Source: Patescibacteria group bacterium
GTDB taxonomy: Bacteria > Patescibacteriota > UBA1384 > XYA2-FULL-43-10 > 1-14-0-10-43-13
DNA: 64,000 nt
Direction of reading: 5' to 3'
Assembly (NCBI GenBank): GCA_041674765.1
Contig: JBAYVE010000005.1
Coordinates: 1,645-65,644 of the forward strand
This document shows positions 40,318-49,834 of this stretch, one piece after another (position 1 is the stretch's first letter; each line of letters opens with the position of its first letter). The notes under the pieces were generated by a model, which saw nothing but the letters and a program-made list of their open reading frames with translations, was not told the DNA's origin and ran no database searches. Made by a program: the position numbers and the translations under genes.

Positions 40318-41361
40318 ATGACACGCATTTTCTTGAGTTCCAACCCCGAAAATCTGGCGGCTGAGTTGGCCGCTTTCCGCCTGACCGCAACGGTTGAGGC
40401 AGAATTCGGCGACACGGTCGTCGAAGGGTCAATTCTGACTCTCGCGCATCACGGCGCCCGGTCGGCGAACTCGGCTCCCTGCCTCGCCAGCAATGGTGTG
40501 GCCGGTGACCCGGTGCAGGTCGAGGCGATTGGCGTGAGCCACATCGACCTCGATTCCCTGGGCGGCGTAATGGCCGTCCTCGGGTCCAAGCCGGAATCGG
40601 TCGGCTTCTGGGCCTTGTCGGCCTTCGTCGATACGAATGGCCCCCACAAGTTGGCCCAGGCCGGCGCCGAGGCAGCGGATGTCGCCCGGCTCTACGCCTT
40701 TTGGGCGTATAGCCAGGCGCACCGGCTCATGCCGGATCGTTCCGGCGCCGTCACGGATGTGACCGAGCAGGTCACCGAGGCCATGGAGGCAATCGCGGCC
40801 ATCCTGGCCGACGACCCCGCCATGCTGGCCGCCGGCAATGATTTCCGCTCGGCGGAGGATTCGCTGAACAAGCGATCCTTTGTCGAGATGGTGGGAGGCG
40901 TTGGCGTCCGCGTTGCGGACGTTTTCGTCAGCCACCTCTATGGCTCGCCGGAAGGCGAGCTGGCGAAGGCCGTCGTGGCCTTTAACACCGTCACGGGTAC
41001 CGTGACGGTTTCCCTTGCTGATCCCATCCCCGGGGTCAGCGCCTGCACGATTGTGCAGGGAATCTGGGGGACGGAAGCCGGCGGGCATGCCGGCATCGCG
41101 GGTAGTCCCCGCGGTCGCCGCATGACTTTGGCTGATCTTGCCCGGGCGGCGGAAGCCGTCCGGGAGGTCATCGCCTCCACTTCGGTGGAGTGCGAGGACT
41201 GCGGGCAGGTGGTCTCCGACCTCCTGCCCGGCCAAATCCCCGACGGTTGGGGCACCGTCGGGTGCTACGAGGATTGCCCCAAGCACGAGGAGGCGTATTG
41301 CCCCTCGTGCTTGCCCGCCGCTCAGGCGGCGGGGCGTCATCGCTGTGGGCATGACCACTAG
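40318..41361 (+). CDS. DHH-like phosphoesterase with C-terminal Cys-rich zinc-binding tail
   Basis: HH, SHIDLDSLGG, GGHAGIAGSPR; CEDC..C..C..CPSC tail; GC-rich. Confidence 0.65.
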   Translation: MTRIFLSSNPENLAAELAAFRLTATVEAEFGDTVVEGSILTLAHHGARSANSAPCLASNGVAGDPVQVEAIGVSHIDLDSLGGVMAVLGSKPESVGFWALSAFVDTNGPHKLAQAGAEAADVARLYAFWAYSQAHRLMPDRSGAVTDVTEQVTEAMEAIAAILADDPAMLAAGNDFRSAEDSLNKRSFVEMVGGVGVRVADVFVSHLYGSPEGELAKAVVAFNTVTGTVTVSLADPIPGVSACTIVQGIWGTEAGGHAGIAGSPRGRRMTLADLARAAEAVREVIASTSVECEDCGQVVSDLLPGQIPDGWGTVGCYEDCPKHEEAYCPSCLPAAQAAGRHRCGHDH

Positions 41362-41562
41362 CGATGACGGAAGGCTTTGCTTGTTGAGCCAATCCAACAA
41401 GCTGCTTCGCTTGAGGCAGGAAGAAATCAAGCAACAACCCGCTCCGACCTTTTAGTCGGAGCACCAGAGCCTGCCCTAGGACAAGAAGTTCTAGGGCACT
41501 CCTTATTCAATTTAATTTCGATTGAATTGAATAAAAGAGAATGGCTTCAAAGAAGTTTTGCA

Positions 41563-41640
41563 AAAATTACTGTCTTATAAATTGATCTATCAGATTAGTT
41601 ATAAGGCAATAATGCCTTGATTGTGAGTCGAAAGGAGAAA
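41563..41640 (+). repeat. palindromic leader repeat, copy 1
   Basis: first 26 nt identical to 42721-42746; internal inverted repeat; ends in gaaaggagaaa RBS. Confidence 0.9.
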
Positions 41641-41644
41641 GACC

Positions 41645-41830
41645 ATGGCTTACAATTGCAAAAAGACGGACCATGATGGTCCGAAGCGTGGCGCTGGCGC
41701 CTTTCGGGGTCGCCGCGCCGACGCAAAAGTGGCGGCTTCGCGCCGCCGCCGCCAGGATGGCCGCAATGAAGCGGCCAAAGGACTGGCAGAACAGGGGAAC
41801 GCTCAGGAGGGCGTTCCCAAACCATTTTGA
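41645..41830 (+). CDS. small basic hypothetical protein
   Basis: AAGGAG RBS, Arg/Lys-rich 61 aa. Confidence 0.7.
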   Translation: MAYNCKKTDHDGPKRGAGAFRGRRADAKVAASRRRRQDGRNEAAKGLAEQGNAQEGVPKPF

Positions 41831-41916
41831 TTAAGATTTAGAGTTTTTTGATTTAAAATTCCAATCTTCATCAAATCCCATTATGGCCATTGAGTCTGAG
41901 GGAATGGAGGTGAAGT

Positions 41917-42204
41917 ATGTTGAAACATTTTTTACGGTTTTTAAACCGTATAGCTAAAGCCGAGGTCGTAAAGGCCGAAGCGGAAGCTATGGCGGCCAAA
42001 GTGGCCGCCGACGAAGCCGCAAGGAAGGCGGCACGAGAAAATCACGAAGCGCAGGAAGCGCTTTTGGTCGTAACTGCCCTGAAGGATTCGGGGCGGTTGA
42101 TCTCATCCATCACAGAATTCACTGGTGGGTGTGATCGGGGTGCGTGGCACCCCACGAAGATTTGGAGTCTTGATGGGCAACAGATTGCCCACTGGACTCT
42201 TTGA
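41917..42204 (+). CDS. hypothetical protein
   Basis: GGAGGTG RBS, 95 aa. Confidence 0.7.
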   Translation: MLKHFLRFLNRIAKAEVVKAEAEAMAAKVAADEAARKAARENHEAQEALLVVTALKDSGRLISSITEFTGGCDRGAWHPTKIWSLDGQQIAHWTL

Positions 42205-42331
42205 AAAGGATTGGCCGGACGACGCGGCCATAAGCTACTCAAATGATTGAGTAGCACAGTCGAGCCATGCAGCCTCGCGGTATCGGGAATAAGCTCATAG
42301 AGCCCCAACCGCAAAAAGGAGGTGTAGTGCA

Positions 42332-42529
42332 GTGGCAAAAGACGCTCAGGCGGCCATGAGGCCGTCTGTCATCCCCATTCTCATCGAGAAGGGGATGAGC
42401 CGCGAGGAGTTGATGCTTCTCGTAGATCGTCTCGTTGGCGAGGTGGAAACCTACGCTAATGGGCCGTTCTCGGCAGAAGCACTCCGTGGCGAAATCACGG
42501 CAGTGCAGAATACCGTTGTAAAACGGTAG
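42332..42529 (+). CDS. hypothetical protein
   Basis: AAGGAGGTG RBS before GTG, 65 aa. Confidence 0.6.
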   Translation: MAKDAQAAMRPSVIPILIEKGMSREELMLLVDRLVGEVETYANGPFSAEALRGEITAVQNTVVKR

Positions 42530-42720
42530 ACTGCTGGGTACAAAACTTTGCTCCGACGGGTTAGATCGGGGCGGCGCCAGTCAAGGTGTCTGGGCGGGGA
42601 CTTTCCTATAAGTTGTCTTCATGGCAGCGATGAAATGGAAAGCGAAACCACAAAAATCCGCAACTATGCGACAAATAGTGAAATATTCCCGAGGAGCCCC
42701 AGCTGGGGCTCCTCAAATCC

Positions 42721-42799
42721 AAAATTACTGTCTTATAAATTGATCTAATTTGATCAGTAATAAGGCAATAATGCCTTCTGGCGCATATGAAAGGAGAAA
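42721..42799 (+). repeat. palindromic leader repeat, copy 2
   Basis: near-direct repeat of 41563-41640. Confidence 0.9.
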
Positions 42800-42802
42800 A
42801 TT

Positions 42803-42937
42803 ATGATCGTATGCGTATATTGTAAAACGCCCCCGGATGGGGCAGCCGTGTGCCCGTGTTGCGGCCACACGATGGACTCCTCCACCATGGAATGGGTGGA
42901 GGAGCAGGATAACTCTCCCAAGGATGGGGAGAAATAA
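42803..42937 (+). CDS. 44-aa zinc-ribbon peptide (absent from ORF track)
   Basis: MIVCVYCKTPPDGAAVCPCCGHTMDSSTMEWVEEQDNSPKDGEK, AAGGAG RBS. Confidence 0.7.
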   Translation: MIVCVYCKTPPDGAAVCPCCGHTMDSSTMEWVEEQDNSPKDGEK

Positions 42938-43203
42938 ACAAACCGATTTATCCGTGAGAGGCATCGGGCATGACGTCCTTTGCCTCTCAAATTTTTCTCT
43001 TTATCAAACTGCTCTCGAACTTCGAGAGCAGTTTCAGTATAGAGTTTTCTTGGGCCACCCTGCCCATTTGCCCTGACGCGCCGTCCGTAGATTTACGCAG
43101 AGGATGGACTTGTTTGGCTTGAAACACTAGCCGGACTGGAGGGAAGTCGATTAAATTCGGCCAGGCAGGGGTGGGTGATAATCCCCGGTCTGAGGAGATG
43201 AAG

Positions 43204-45150
43204 ATGAATAAAAGTCTTCCGATCGCCGACTATCGCGAGCAGATTCTGCAAGCGATAGAGGTAAACTCGGCGGTGGTGATCACTGCCGAAACGGGAGCTG
43301 GGAAATCGACCCAGGTACCCCAATTCCTTATGGAAGCGGGATATCGAGTGGTCGTGACCCAGCCACGGCGTCTTGCCGCAAGGACAGTGGCCGAGCGTGT
43401 AGCCGAAGAAGTCGGTTGCCAGCTTGGTGAAGAAGTCGGCTTTCGAACTGGCTTCGAGCGTAAGGACTCGGCTCAAACCAAAGTGCTTTTTTGCACGGAT
43501 GGTTTGCAGCTCGTCCGCGAGTTGACCGGCAACGGTGCCACCGACGTTCTTGTTATTGATGAAGTCCATGAGTGGAACATCAACATCGAGACGTTGGTCG
43601 CCTGGACGCGCAAGCGTTTGGGTGAAGGTGTCGACTTCAAGGTTGTGCTGATGAGTGCGACCTTGGATGCCGAGAGGCTTGCCGCGTTCTTTGGCGAGAC
43701 AGTGCCGGTGATCTCGGTGCCAGGTCGACTTTTTCCGGTCGAAACAAAAAGTGGCAGGACGAGCGAACTGGTGCCGACCGTGCGTGGACTGGTAGCTGAG
43801 GGCAGAAATGTCCTTATTTTCCAGCCTGGCAAGCGGGAGATCGAGGCGACGGTTCGGGAATTAACCGGGCTGAACGTTGAAGTCCTCCCCCTGCATGGGG
43901 ATATGGAATCGGCCGATCAGCGCCGAGCGTTTCGTCACTATGACCGTCCCAAAGTGGTCGTGGCGACGAATGTGGCCCAGACCTCCATTACCATCGATGA
44001 TATCGATGCGGTGGTGGATAGTGGGGTCGAGCGGCGGGTTGAGTTGGTTGACGGGATTGAAGGTCTTTACCTCAAGCCCATTAGCCAAGCAGATTGCAAG
44101 CAGCGCGCCGGTCGAGCCGGACGTTGCAAAGAGGGCATTTATGTTCTCTGCTCTGATTCGTCACTGGAAAGCCGTCCGGCATATCCCAAGGCGGAGATCG
44201 AGCGAAGTCGTCTCGACCAGTTGGTACTGCGTTTGGCGGTGACTGGCTTTGATGCTACAGCATTAGAGTTTTTTCATCAGCCGGAGCGGGCTGTGCTGGA
44301 AGATGCGAAGCGTGCCTTGCATGCATTGGGGGCGATGTCGGAGGACGGCCAGGTCACGAAGATCGGGCGTCAGATGGCAAAACTGCCGATCAGCGTGCAG
44401 TATGCGCGCATGGTGATCGAAGCGGCTCGTCTCGGCGAAGAAGAGGACGTAACGACGATTGTCGCACTCCTCGAAGCCGGCGGATTGCGTGCCAGCAAGG
44501 ATGATCGCTGGCGGAAATTGACGGCGGAGATACAGAGTGATCTGCTTGCCGAGCTGGACCTCTTTGAGGCCTGTCAAGGCTTCTCTGGCGAGGATTTCCG
44601 TGAAAACGGCGTCTTTGCCAAGGCCTATTTTCGGGCAAAGGAGATTCGGGCGAAGCTCCGTCAGGCGCTTGTCAGTGCGGGGATCAGTTTTGACCGGTCG
44701 GAGAAACACGACCGGCAAGCGATCATGAAGGCCTGCGTTGCTGGGATGGTGGACCACCTTTATCACACAGACGGGTGGAGTGATTACCATAACGGTAGTG
44801 GGGGCACGCGCCAAAAAGCGCGCGAAAGTGTTGTCTCCGGTTCGCCGGAGTGGGTCGTGGGCTTGCCCAAAGATATTGGGTTTAAGGATCGCCGCGGTTA
44901 TGACCGCGTCCTGAACCTGGTGGCGATGGTGACGGCCGTCGACCCAATGTGGCTTGCCGAGGTGGCGCCGCAGCTAGTGCGGCTGGATACGGGACTTTCC
45001 CCTCACTTCGACTCCGAGAAGGACCTGGTTGTTTCGACGACACAGACATTCTTCAAAGAGTCGAAGATCGGGGAGGAAATTATCCCTGATCCGGCGCACG
45101 CAGAGGCGGCGTCGGTGTTTGCAAACTGGCTCGCCAGCCAGTGCCTTTAA
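43204..45150 (+). CDS. HrpA/HrpB-like DEAH-box RNA helicase
   Basis: ETGAGKSTQVPQ, TQPRRLAA, DEVHE, MSAT, ATNVAQTSITI, QRAGRAGR. Confidence 0.93.
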   Translation: MNKSLPIADYREQILQAIEVNSAVVITAETGAGKSTQVPQFLMEAGYRVVVTQPRRLAARTVAERVAEEVGCQLGEEVGFRTGFERKDSAQTKVLFCTDGLQLVRELTGNGATDVLVIDEVHEWNINIETLVAWTRKRLGEGVDFKVVLMSATLDAERLAAFFGETVPVISVPGRLFPVETKSGRTSELVPTVRGLVAEGRNVLIFQPGKREIEATVRELTGLNVEVLPLHGDMESADQRRAFRHYDRPKVVVATNVAQTSITIDDIDAVVDSGVERRVELVDGIEGLYLKPISQADCKQRAGRAGRCKEGIYVLCSDSSLESRPAYPKAEIERSRLDQLVLRLAVTGFDATALEFFHQPERAVLEDAKRALHALGAMSEDGQVTKIGRQMAKLPISVQYARMVIEAARLGEEEDVTTIVALLEAGGLRASKDDRWRKLTAEIQSDLLAELDLFEACQGFSGEDFRENGVFAKAYFRAKEIRAKLRQALVSAGISFDRSEKHDRQAIMKACVAGMVDHLYHTDGWSDYHNGSGGTRQKARESVVSGSPEWVVGLPKDIGFKDRRGYDRVLNLVAMVTAVDPMWLAEVAPQLVRLDTGLSPHFDSEKDLVVSTTQTFFKESKIGEEIIPDPAHAEAASVFANWLASQCL

Positions 45151-45161
45151 AGGAGGGCAAA

Positions 45162-46676
45162 ATGAGCGAAAAACTCCTAGAGGTGCTGGCGGCAAACAAA
45201 GCGCGACAAGATCGCGCCCGCCAGCTTAATATTCGGGCCGGGGCAGAAATGTTTCCCGTGCTCGACCAGGCGCAAATGAGAGCCTGGATGACCGATAAGG
45301 CAGCGGGAGCGCGCCGGATGGCAGAGATTGCCGATCCTGAAGCTCTACGCTTGCCTGCCCTCGACGAGGTTTTGGTTCAAACGGTGATTCGCGAGAACCC
45401 CGACGAGATCGAGCTTCTCGGGGCGATGCGAACAGTGGATTACAAGGATAGTTACGGCCGTTCCAGGCCGAATCCGCGGGTCCGCATTGACTTCAGGGGA
45501 GAGAATGCCAACGACTGGCAAAGGCTCCCCGACGAGATCCGGTTGCCGGGTGGCCGTGAGGTTTGCCTGTATTCCGCCATTGACGGATATGGGTATTACA
45601 TCGAGGCTGTGCCCTCTGAGTTTAAGGCAAAAGTGCGTGATTGCCTAAACCAGGCTCAATGGGACAACTGGCCTCAGGCCGATCGACCGGAGATCCCAGT
45701 TCTCGACCCGGCCGACGACGAGGCGGCTATCCCTGAAATCACCACTGTCCAGTACGGGCAGTGCGTGGTGACGGGCGAGCCGCTCATCGCCTTTGGTACT
45801 TTGGCTCCGAAGAGCCGATACTACACGACGGACCCATATTTCGTGGTCCAGTGGTACCGGTCGATTGAGGAGGCCGAAGTGTCTCGGGTAAAGGCCGTCG
45901 AAACGCTCGAGAAAGAGCTAGCGGCTGTCCGGGAGTGCCGGGAACTGGAGATCGCCAAGCAGGAAGCTGAAGCGGTCAAATTAATATTCGAGTCACTCTA
46001 CCGCGAAGTAGATAATACCCGCGAGTGGCTTGAGTTGCCGGATGAATTGAGGAATCGTCTTCGTAGCCGGCATTGTAGCTATGTACCATCCTCATTGCTG
46101 GAAATCCGCCAATGGCAAGCAGAGACAGAGGCGTTAATCGCTGAGGTAGGGCCAGCTTTGGTGGAAATCAAGCGTCAGCAGGCGGAAGCCGAGCGTCAGG
46201 CACGCGAAGAGCAGGAAGCTGCTGTTCGTGCCGAAGAAGCTCGGCGGGTTCGTGAGGAGGAAGCCCATCGTGGGCAGATGGAAGAGATTCTGACTGCCAT
46301 GCGGGGTGTCCTCGGGTATGTGCCTGTAATCCGTTGCGACTTTGAAGAAGTCGCCGGCAAGAATGGTACATACTTGGAAAATTGGGGCCGCCTCACAGGT
46401 ATTAACTGTGATGGCGAGTCCGACTCGTACTGTGACGGCCGTAATGCCGTGGTGGTGCAGTCTGTTGAAACCACCGGCGGTGTGCTGGAGTTCCTGGCCT
46501 ACTGGAAGTATGGCAATTGGAACTTGGCCGCTCGCTGGCGAGAACTTTCCGAAGCCGCGGCACACGCCGTTGAGATTGGGGAGGTTCGGGCGGAGGATCT
46601 GGAAGATCCGAAGCCAGTAGAAGATCTGGGGGCGTCGCTTGCGGCGCTCCAGGCGAAGTTCAAAGGATTGAACTAA
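45162..46676 (+). CDS. hypothetical protein, N-terminal part resembling an HrpA/HrpB C-terminal region, then coiled coil
   Basis: AAGGAGG RBS 11 nt after helicase stop; PDEIEL..VDY..LPGGREV. Confidence 0.7.
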   Translation: MSEKLLEVLAANKARQDRARQLNIRAGAEMFPVLDQAQMRAWMTDKAAGARRMAEIADPEALRLPALDEVLVQTVIRENPDEIELLGAMRTVDYKDSYGRSRPNPRVRIDFRGENANDWQRLPDEIRLPGGREVCLYSAIDGYGYYIEAVPSEFKAKVRDCLNQAQWDNWPQADRPEIPVLDPADDEAAIPEITTVQYGQCVVTGEPLIAFGTLAPKSRYYTTDPYFVVQWYRSIEEAEVSRVKAVETLEKELAAVRECRELEIAKQEAEAVKLIFESLYREVDNTREWLELPDELRNRLRSRHCSYVPSSLLEIRQWQAETEALIAEVGPALVEIKRQQAEAERQAREEQEAAVRAEEARRVREEEAHRGQMEEILTAMRGVLGYVPVIRCDFEEVAGKNGTYLENWGRLTGINCDGESDSYCDGRNAVVVQSVETTGGVLEFLAYWKYGNWNLAARWRELSEAAAHAVEIGEVRAEDLEDPKPVEDLGASLAALQAKFKGLN

Positions 46677-46688
46677 TCGCCAATTTCC

Positions 46689-46721
46689 GTCCATCACCCT
46701 TCCTTCGGGAGCGGTGATGGA
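46689..46721 (+). other. GC-rich hairpin
   Basis: gtccatcacc..ggtgatggac stem with TTCG loop, no strong T-run. Confidence 0.5.
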
Positions 46722-46970
46722 CACTTCAACCTGCCCGTGATGGCTATTCTACATGTTTGTCTATTAGATGATCATGCAGGATACTCCTGAGCCATTGCCG
46801 GCAGATTAGAAGAATTTGGAAACAGTGCGTCTTAAACCTTTCTATCTTTTGATGCAGATTTAGAGTGATTAACTTTATAACTTTCAGCTTTATGAACTTT
46901 ATAAACTAATTTTCCAACCTTCATCAAAGCGCATTGAGCCCAATTGAGGCTGAGCGGGAGGAGGTGAAGT

Positions 46971-47762
46971 ATGGCGAAAGATGGGGATGTGAGATATTCC
47001 GTTTCCCCAAGTTGTTATACCGGCTGTTATTGTATTCGCCGGTGTTTGTACAACGCCAAGGTCAGGAGACCAAGGTGGGAGAGAAGTTGTGACGAAGATG
47101 TCTACGGCATTGAAAGTGCCATAGAGGTTTTTATAAGTAAACTTCTTTCAGAAACTCCTGGAACTTTCCAAGTTGAAGTTTCCAAGGAGATCCTGGAACA
47201 TGTTCCGGGCTTGATCTCAGCAGAGGGGGAGATTGACTTGGATGTCTGCCGCTCCTTTCTCCAAAAATTGGATGAAGAAAAAAAGCGAGCTGAGCAGGAG
47301 GAAGCAAGGCTTGCTGAAATCGAGCGCCGAGAAATTGCGGAGATGATTGCTGCGAGCAACGATCAGTTCCGCAACCGGTTCTCGGAGTTGGTGGGAAAAA
47401 CCGTCTCCGGGCTGGAACTTTCCGGTGACCAAACAGGCTTATGCCTTCGATTCACGGATGGATCGGAAGTCTGTTGGGAGGCTGCTCCGGGCTGCTGGTC
47501 CTGCGCTGAGGCTTGGTGGAACGACGGCATCGGCGTGGAAAATTTGTTCGGTACTCCCGTCACGGAGGTCTTACAGTTGGAGCTGCCGAATACTTCACAG
47601 CAGCGAGTCAGTGCTGTGGCTTATGGGGTTCAATTCCGAACCAGCAAAGGGGTGACGACCTTTGCTTTTCGGGGCAATCACGAGCATTACGGAGCTTCCA
47701 TTGAGATCATTGAGAAGAGCGAACTCGATGGATGGTCTCCAGTACAGGATGATTGGGGCTAG
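46971..47762 (+). CDS. hypothetical, phage-like protein
   Basis: GGAGGTG RBS; C-terminal LVGKT..F.DG..C..C..L.G..V..TSKG pattern recalls small phage proteins. Confidence 0.65.
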   Translation: MAKDGDVRYSVSPSCYTGCYCIRRCLYNAKVRRPRWERSCDEDVYGIESAIEVFISKLLSETPGTFQVEVSKEILEHVPGLISAEGEIDLDVCRSFLQKLDEEKKRAEQEEARLAEIERREIAEMIAASNDQFRNRFSELVGKTVSGLELSGDQTGLCLRFTDGSEVCWEAAPGCWSCAEAWWNDGIGVENLFGTPVTEVLQLELPNTSQQRVSAVAYGVQFRTSKGVTTFAFRGNHEHYGASIEIIEKSELDGWSPVQDDWG

Positions 47763-47878
47763 GCTCTCCAACCCACCGTTTCGGCGGTGGGTTGGAAATT
47801 TAAACCTGCTTTCAATGGCGGTTCTGCATAGTTTACTGCGCGGGACACTCCTGCGCCATTGTTGGCAGATTTAAAGCA

Positions 47879-47912
47879 AAAAATCCCCAACCGGAACGGA
47901 AGGGGATTTTTT
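47879..47912 (+). terminator. intrinsic terminator ending the GC-rich array
   Basis: aaaaatcccc..ggggattttt stem with T-run. Confidence 0.7.
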
Positions 47913-48130
47913 GTTGCACGAGGATAGAACTTACTTATGTAATCTTTCACGCTAAAGCGCGGGCTACAAATTTTCTTCTGAGTGAAGGATTTGTCCTGCT
48001 TACAAGCTAAAGCTTGGGCTACAACCGTTTTTTAGGCCTTGAATCTGATTTTTTGTTGTCCACTTTTTTAAATTTTGGAACCGGTTTATAATTAACCCGA
48101 TGATAGATTGCCACGGCTCTTGGCCTCGCA

Positions 48131-48589
48131 ATGACTAATAAAAACAATGAATTCCAAAATGTTATGGCTTTGACAAAGGATGATTTACAAGCGATTGGCA
48201 ACATAATCGACAATAAGATCGATGATTTTGCTGTGACTGTGGCGGCTGGTTTTGGCGATATGAAAGAATATATGGACAAACGGTTCGATCAAGTCGACAA
48301 GCGTTTTGAACAAGTAGACCAACGATTTAAGCAAGTCGATAAACGCTTTGAACAAGTTGACCAGCGCTTTGATCAAGTCGACAAACGCTTCGACTCTATG
48401 GATTTTAAGATTGGTTTGATGCAAACAGATATCAAGGAGATCAGGGCGGAAATTGTCAAATTAAATTTGAGATTAGATATAATAGAGAAGAGAACCTTTG
48501 AAGATACTGATCTGACTCTTAGGGAAATCGAGAAGGTTAAAAAAAGAGTTTTATTGCTAGAAAAGATAGTGAAAATAAAGACCGCCTGA
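48131..48589 (+). CDS. heptad-repeat coiled-coil protein (DKRFEQV-type repeats)
   Basis: about 6 tandem 21-bp units at 48275-48400. Confidence 0.8.
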   Translation: MTNKNNEFQNVMALTKDDLQAIGNIIDNKIDDFAVTVAAGFGDMKEYMDKRFDQVDKRFEQVDQRFKQVDKRFEQVDQRFDQVDKRFDSMDFKIGLMQTDIKEIRAEIVKLNLRLDIIEKRTFEDTDLTLREIEKVKKRVLLLEKIVKIKTA

Positions 48590-48886
48590 ATTTTTATTCC
48601 CGACAAGGAGTATTTCAGTGCGGTTTTTTGTTATAGAAAATAAGGGGGGATTATGATAGGATTGACGGAAGTATTAAGGGCTTAGTATTAAGTATTAAGT
48701 ATAGAGTATAGAGTATTAAGTTAGCAGGTGGATCATACCCCACCTAGCCTCCCCTTTCTAAGGGGAGGAATAACTGGACGACATCAAATATTAGGTATTA
48801 GGTTGGGCAGAGCAATGTTTCGGGCAGGAGATTTCTCCGCCTACGCCTTCGGCGGAGAGTCAAAATGACAACAGGATAATAACCAA

Positions 48887-49735
48887 GTGCCAAGAAACAA
48901 TAATCAAAAAAATAACAATACAACAATGAAACAATCGAACAATAAAAATTTGAACAGGGAGATCCTTCGGCAAGCTCAGGATGACAACGAAAGGGTCGGG
49001 ATCCTATATATCGTTGCTACTCCCATTGGAAATTTGCAGGACGTAACGCTTAGGGCATTGGAGACGCTCAAGTCTGTGGATTTGATAGCCGCCGAAGATA
49101 CCAGAAATACCGGTCAGCTTTTGAAACATTTTGGTATTGAAAAGCCGATGATTTCTTATTTTCAGCACTCGAAATTGTCTAAGATCGACTATATCATTGA
49201 GCAATTATTAAGCGGTAAAAACATTGCATTGGTGACCGATGCCGGAACACCGGGGATCTCTGATCCAGGACAGGAGCTGGTAGCGCGTATTAGGTATTAC
49301 GTATTAGGTATTGGGAATGAAAATTTGGGTCATGATGAAGAAATACAGAATACAAAATACATAATACATAATACGAACATAAAGATTGTGCCCATTCCTG
49401 GTCCTTCGGCGCTGACGGCGGCGGCCTCGGTTTCGGGAATGATCGAGAAGGAATTTTACTTCGCAGGGTTTTTGCCGAAGAAGAAAGGCCGCCAAACGCA
49501 ATTTAAGCGTTTGTCGACATTGGACGTGCCAATAGTCATCTATGAGTCGGCAATGCGACTAGAGCGCACCTTGGGGGATATTAGGACTTATTTTGGAGAT
49601 AATACCGAGGTGTTTATCGCTCGGGAAATTACAAAGATGTTTGAGGAATATTGGGGCGGCAGTATTATAGAAGTAATTGATAGCTTGGGAAAACATCAAT
49701 TGAAAGGTGAAATAGTTTTGATAGTTAGAAGATAG
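48887..49735 (+). CDS. rsmI: 16S rRNA C1402 2'-O-methyltransferase with repeat-derived extension and insertion (start uncertain)
   Basis: LYIVATPIGNLQD, AEDTR, DAGTPGISDPG, PGPSA, REITK.FEE. Confidence 0.96.
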   Translation: MPRNNNQKNNNTTMKQSNNKNLNREILRQAQDDNERVGILYIVATPIGNLQDVTLRALETLKSVDLIAAEDTRNTGQLLKHFGIEKPMISYFQHSKLSKIDYIIEQLLSGKNIALVTDAGTPGISDPGQELVARIRYYVLGIGNENLGHDEEIQNTKYIIHNTNIKIVPIPGPSALTAAASVSGMIEKEFYFAGFLPKKKGRQTQFKRLSTLDVPIVIYESAMRLERTLGDIRTYFGDNTEVFIAREITKMFEEYWGGSIIEVIDSLGKHQLKGEIVLIVRR

Positions 49736-49800
49736 TAGATAGTAGCTGGTAGTTAGTAGCTAGAAGTTAGAAGTTAGTAGATAGGGATTAGTAGCGGTAG
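49724..49800 (+). repeat. heptamer array (GNTAGWA x11), left arm
   Basis: gttagaa gatagta gatagta gctggta gttagta.. Confidence 0.9.
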
Positions 49801-49834
49801 CGGGGAATTACAAATAATTGGAAGGAGGGAAAAT

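Noticed and set aside
40429-41430. 333-aa minus-strand ORF, and similar ones at 44263-44814 and 46134-46724
   Set aside because: Antisense shadows of GC-rich plus-strand genes; no motifs or RBS
39700-47912. Integron or prophage
   Set aside because: No integrase, no clear attC pattern, no phage structural or packaging genes recognised
48275-48400. 21-bp tandem repeats as CRISPR or mobile repeat
   Set aside because: Coding heptad repeat with synonymous variation
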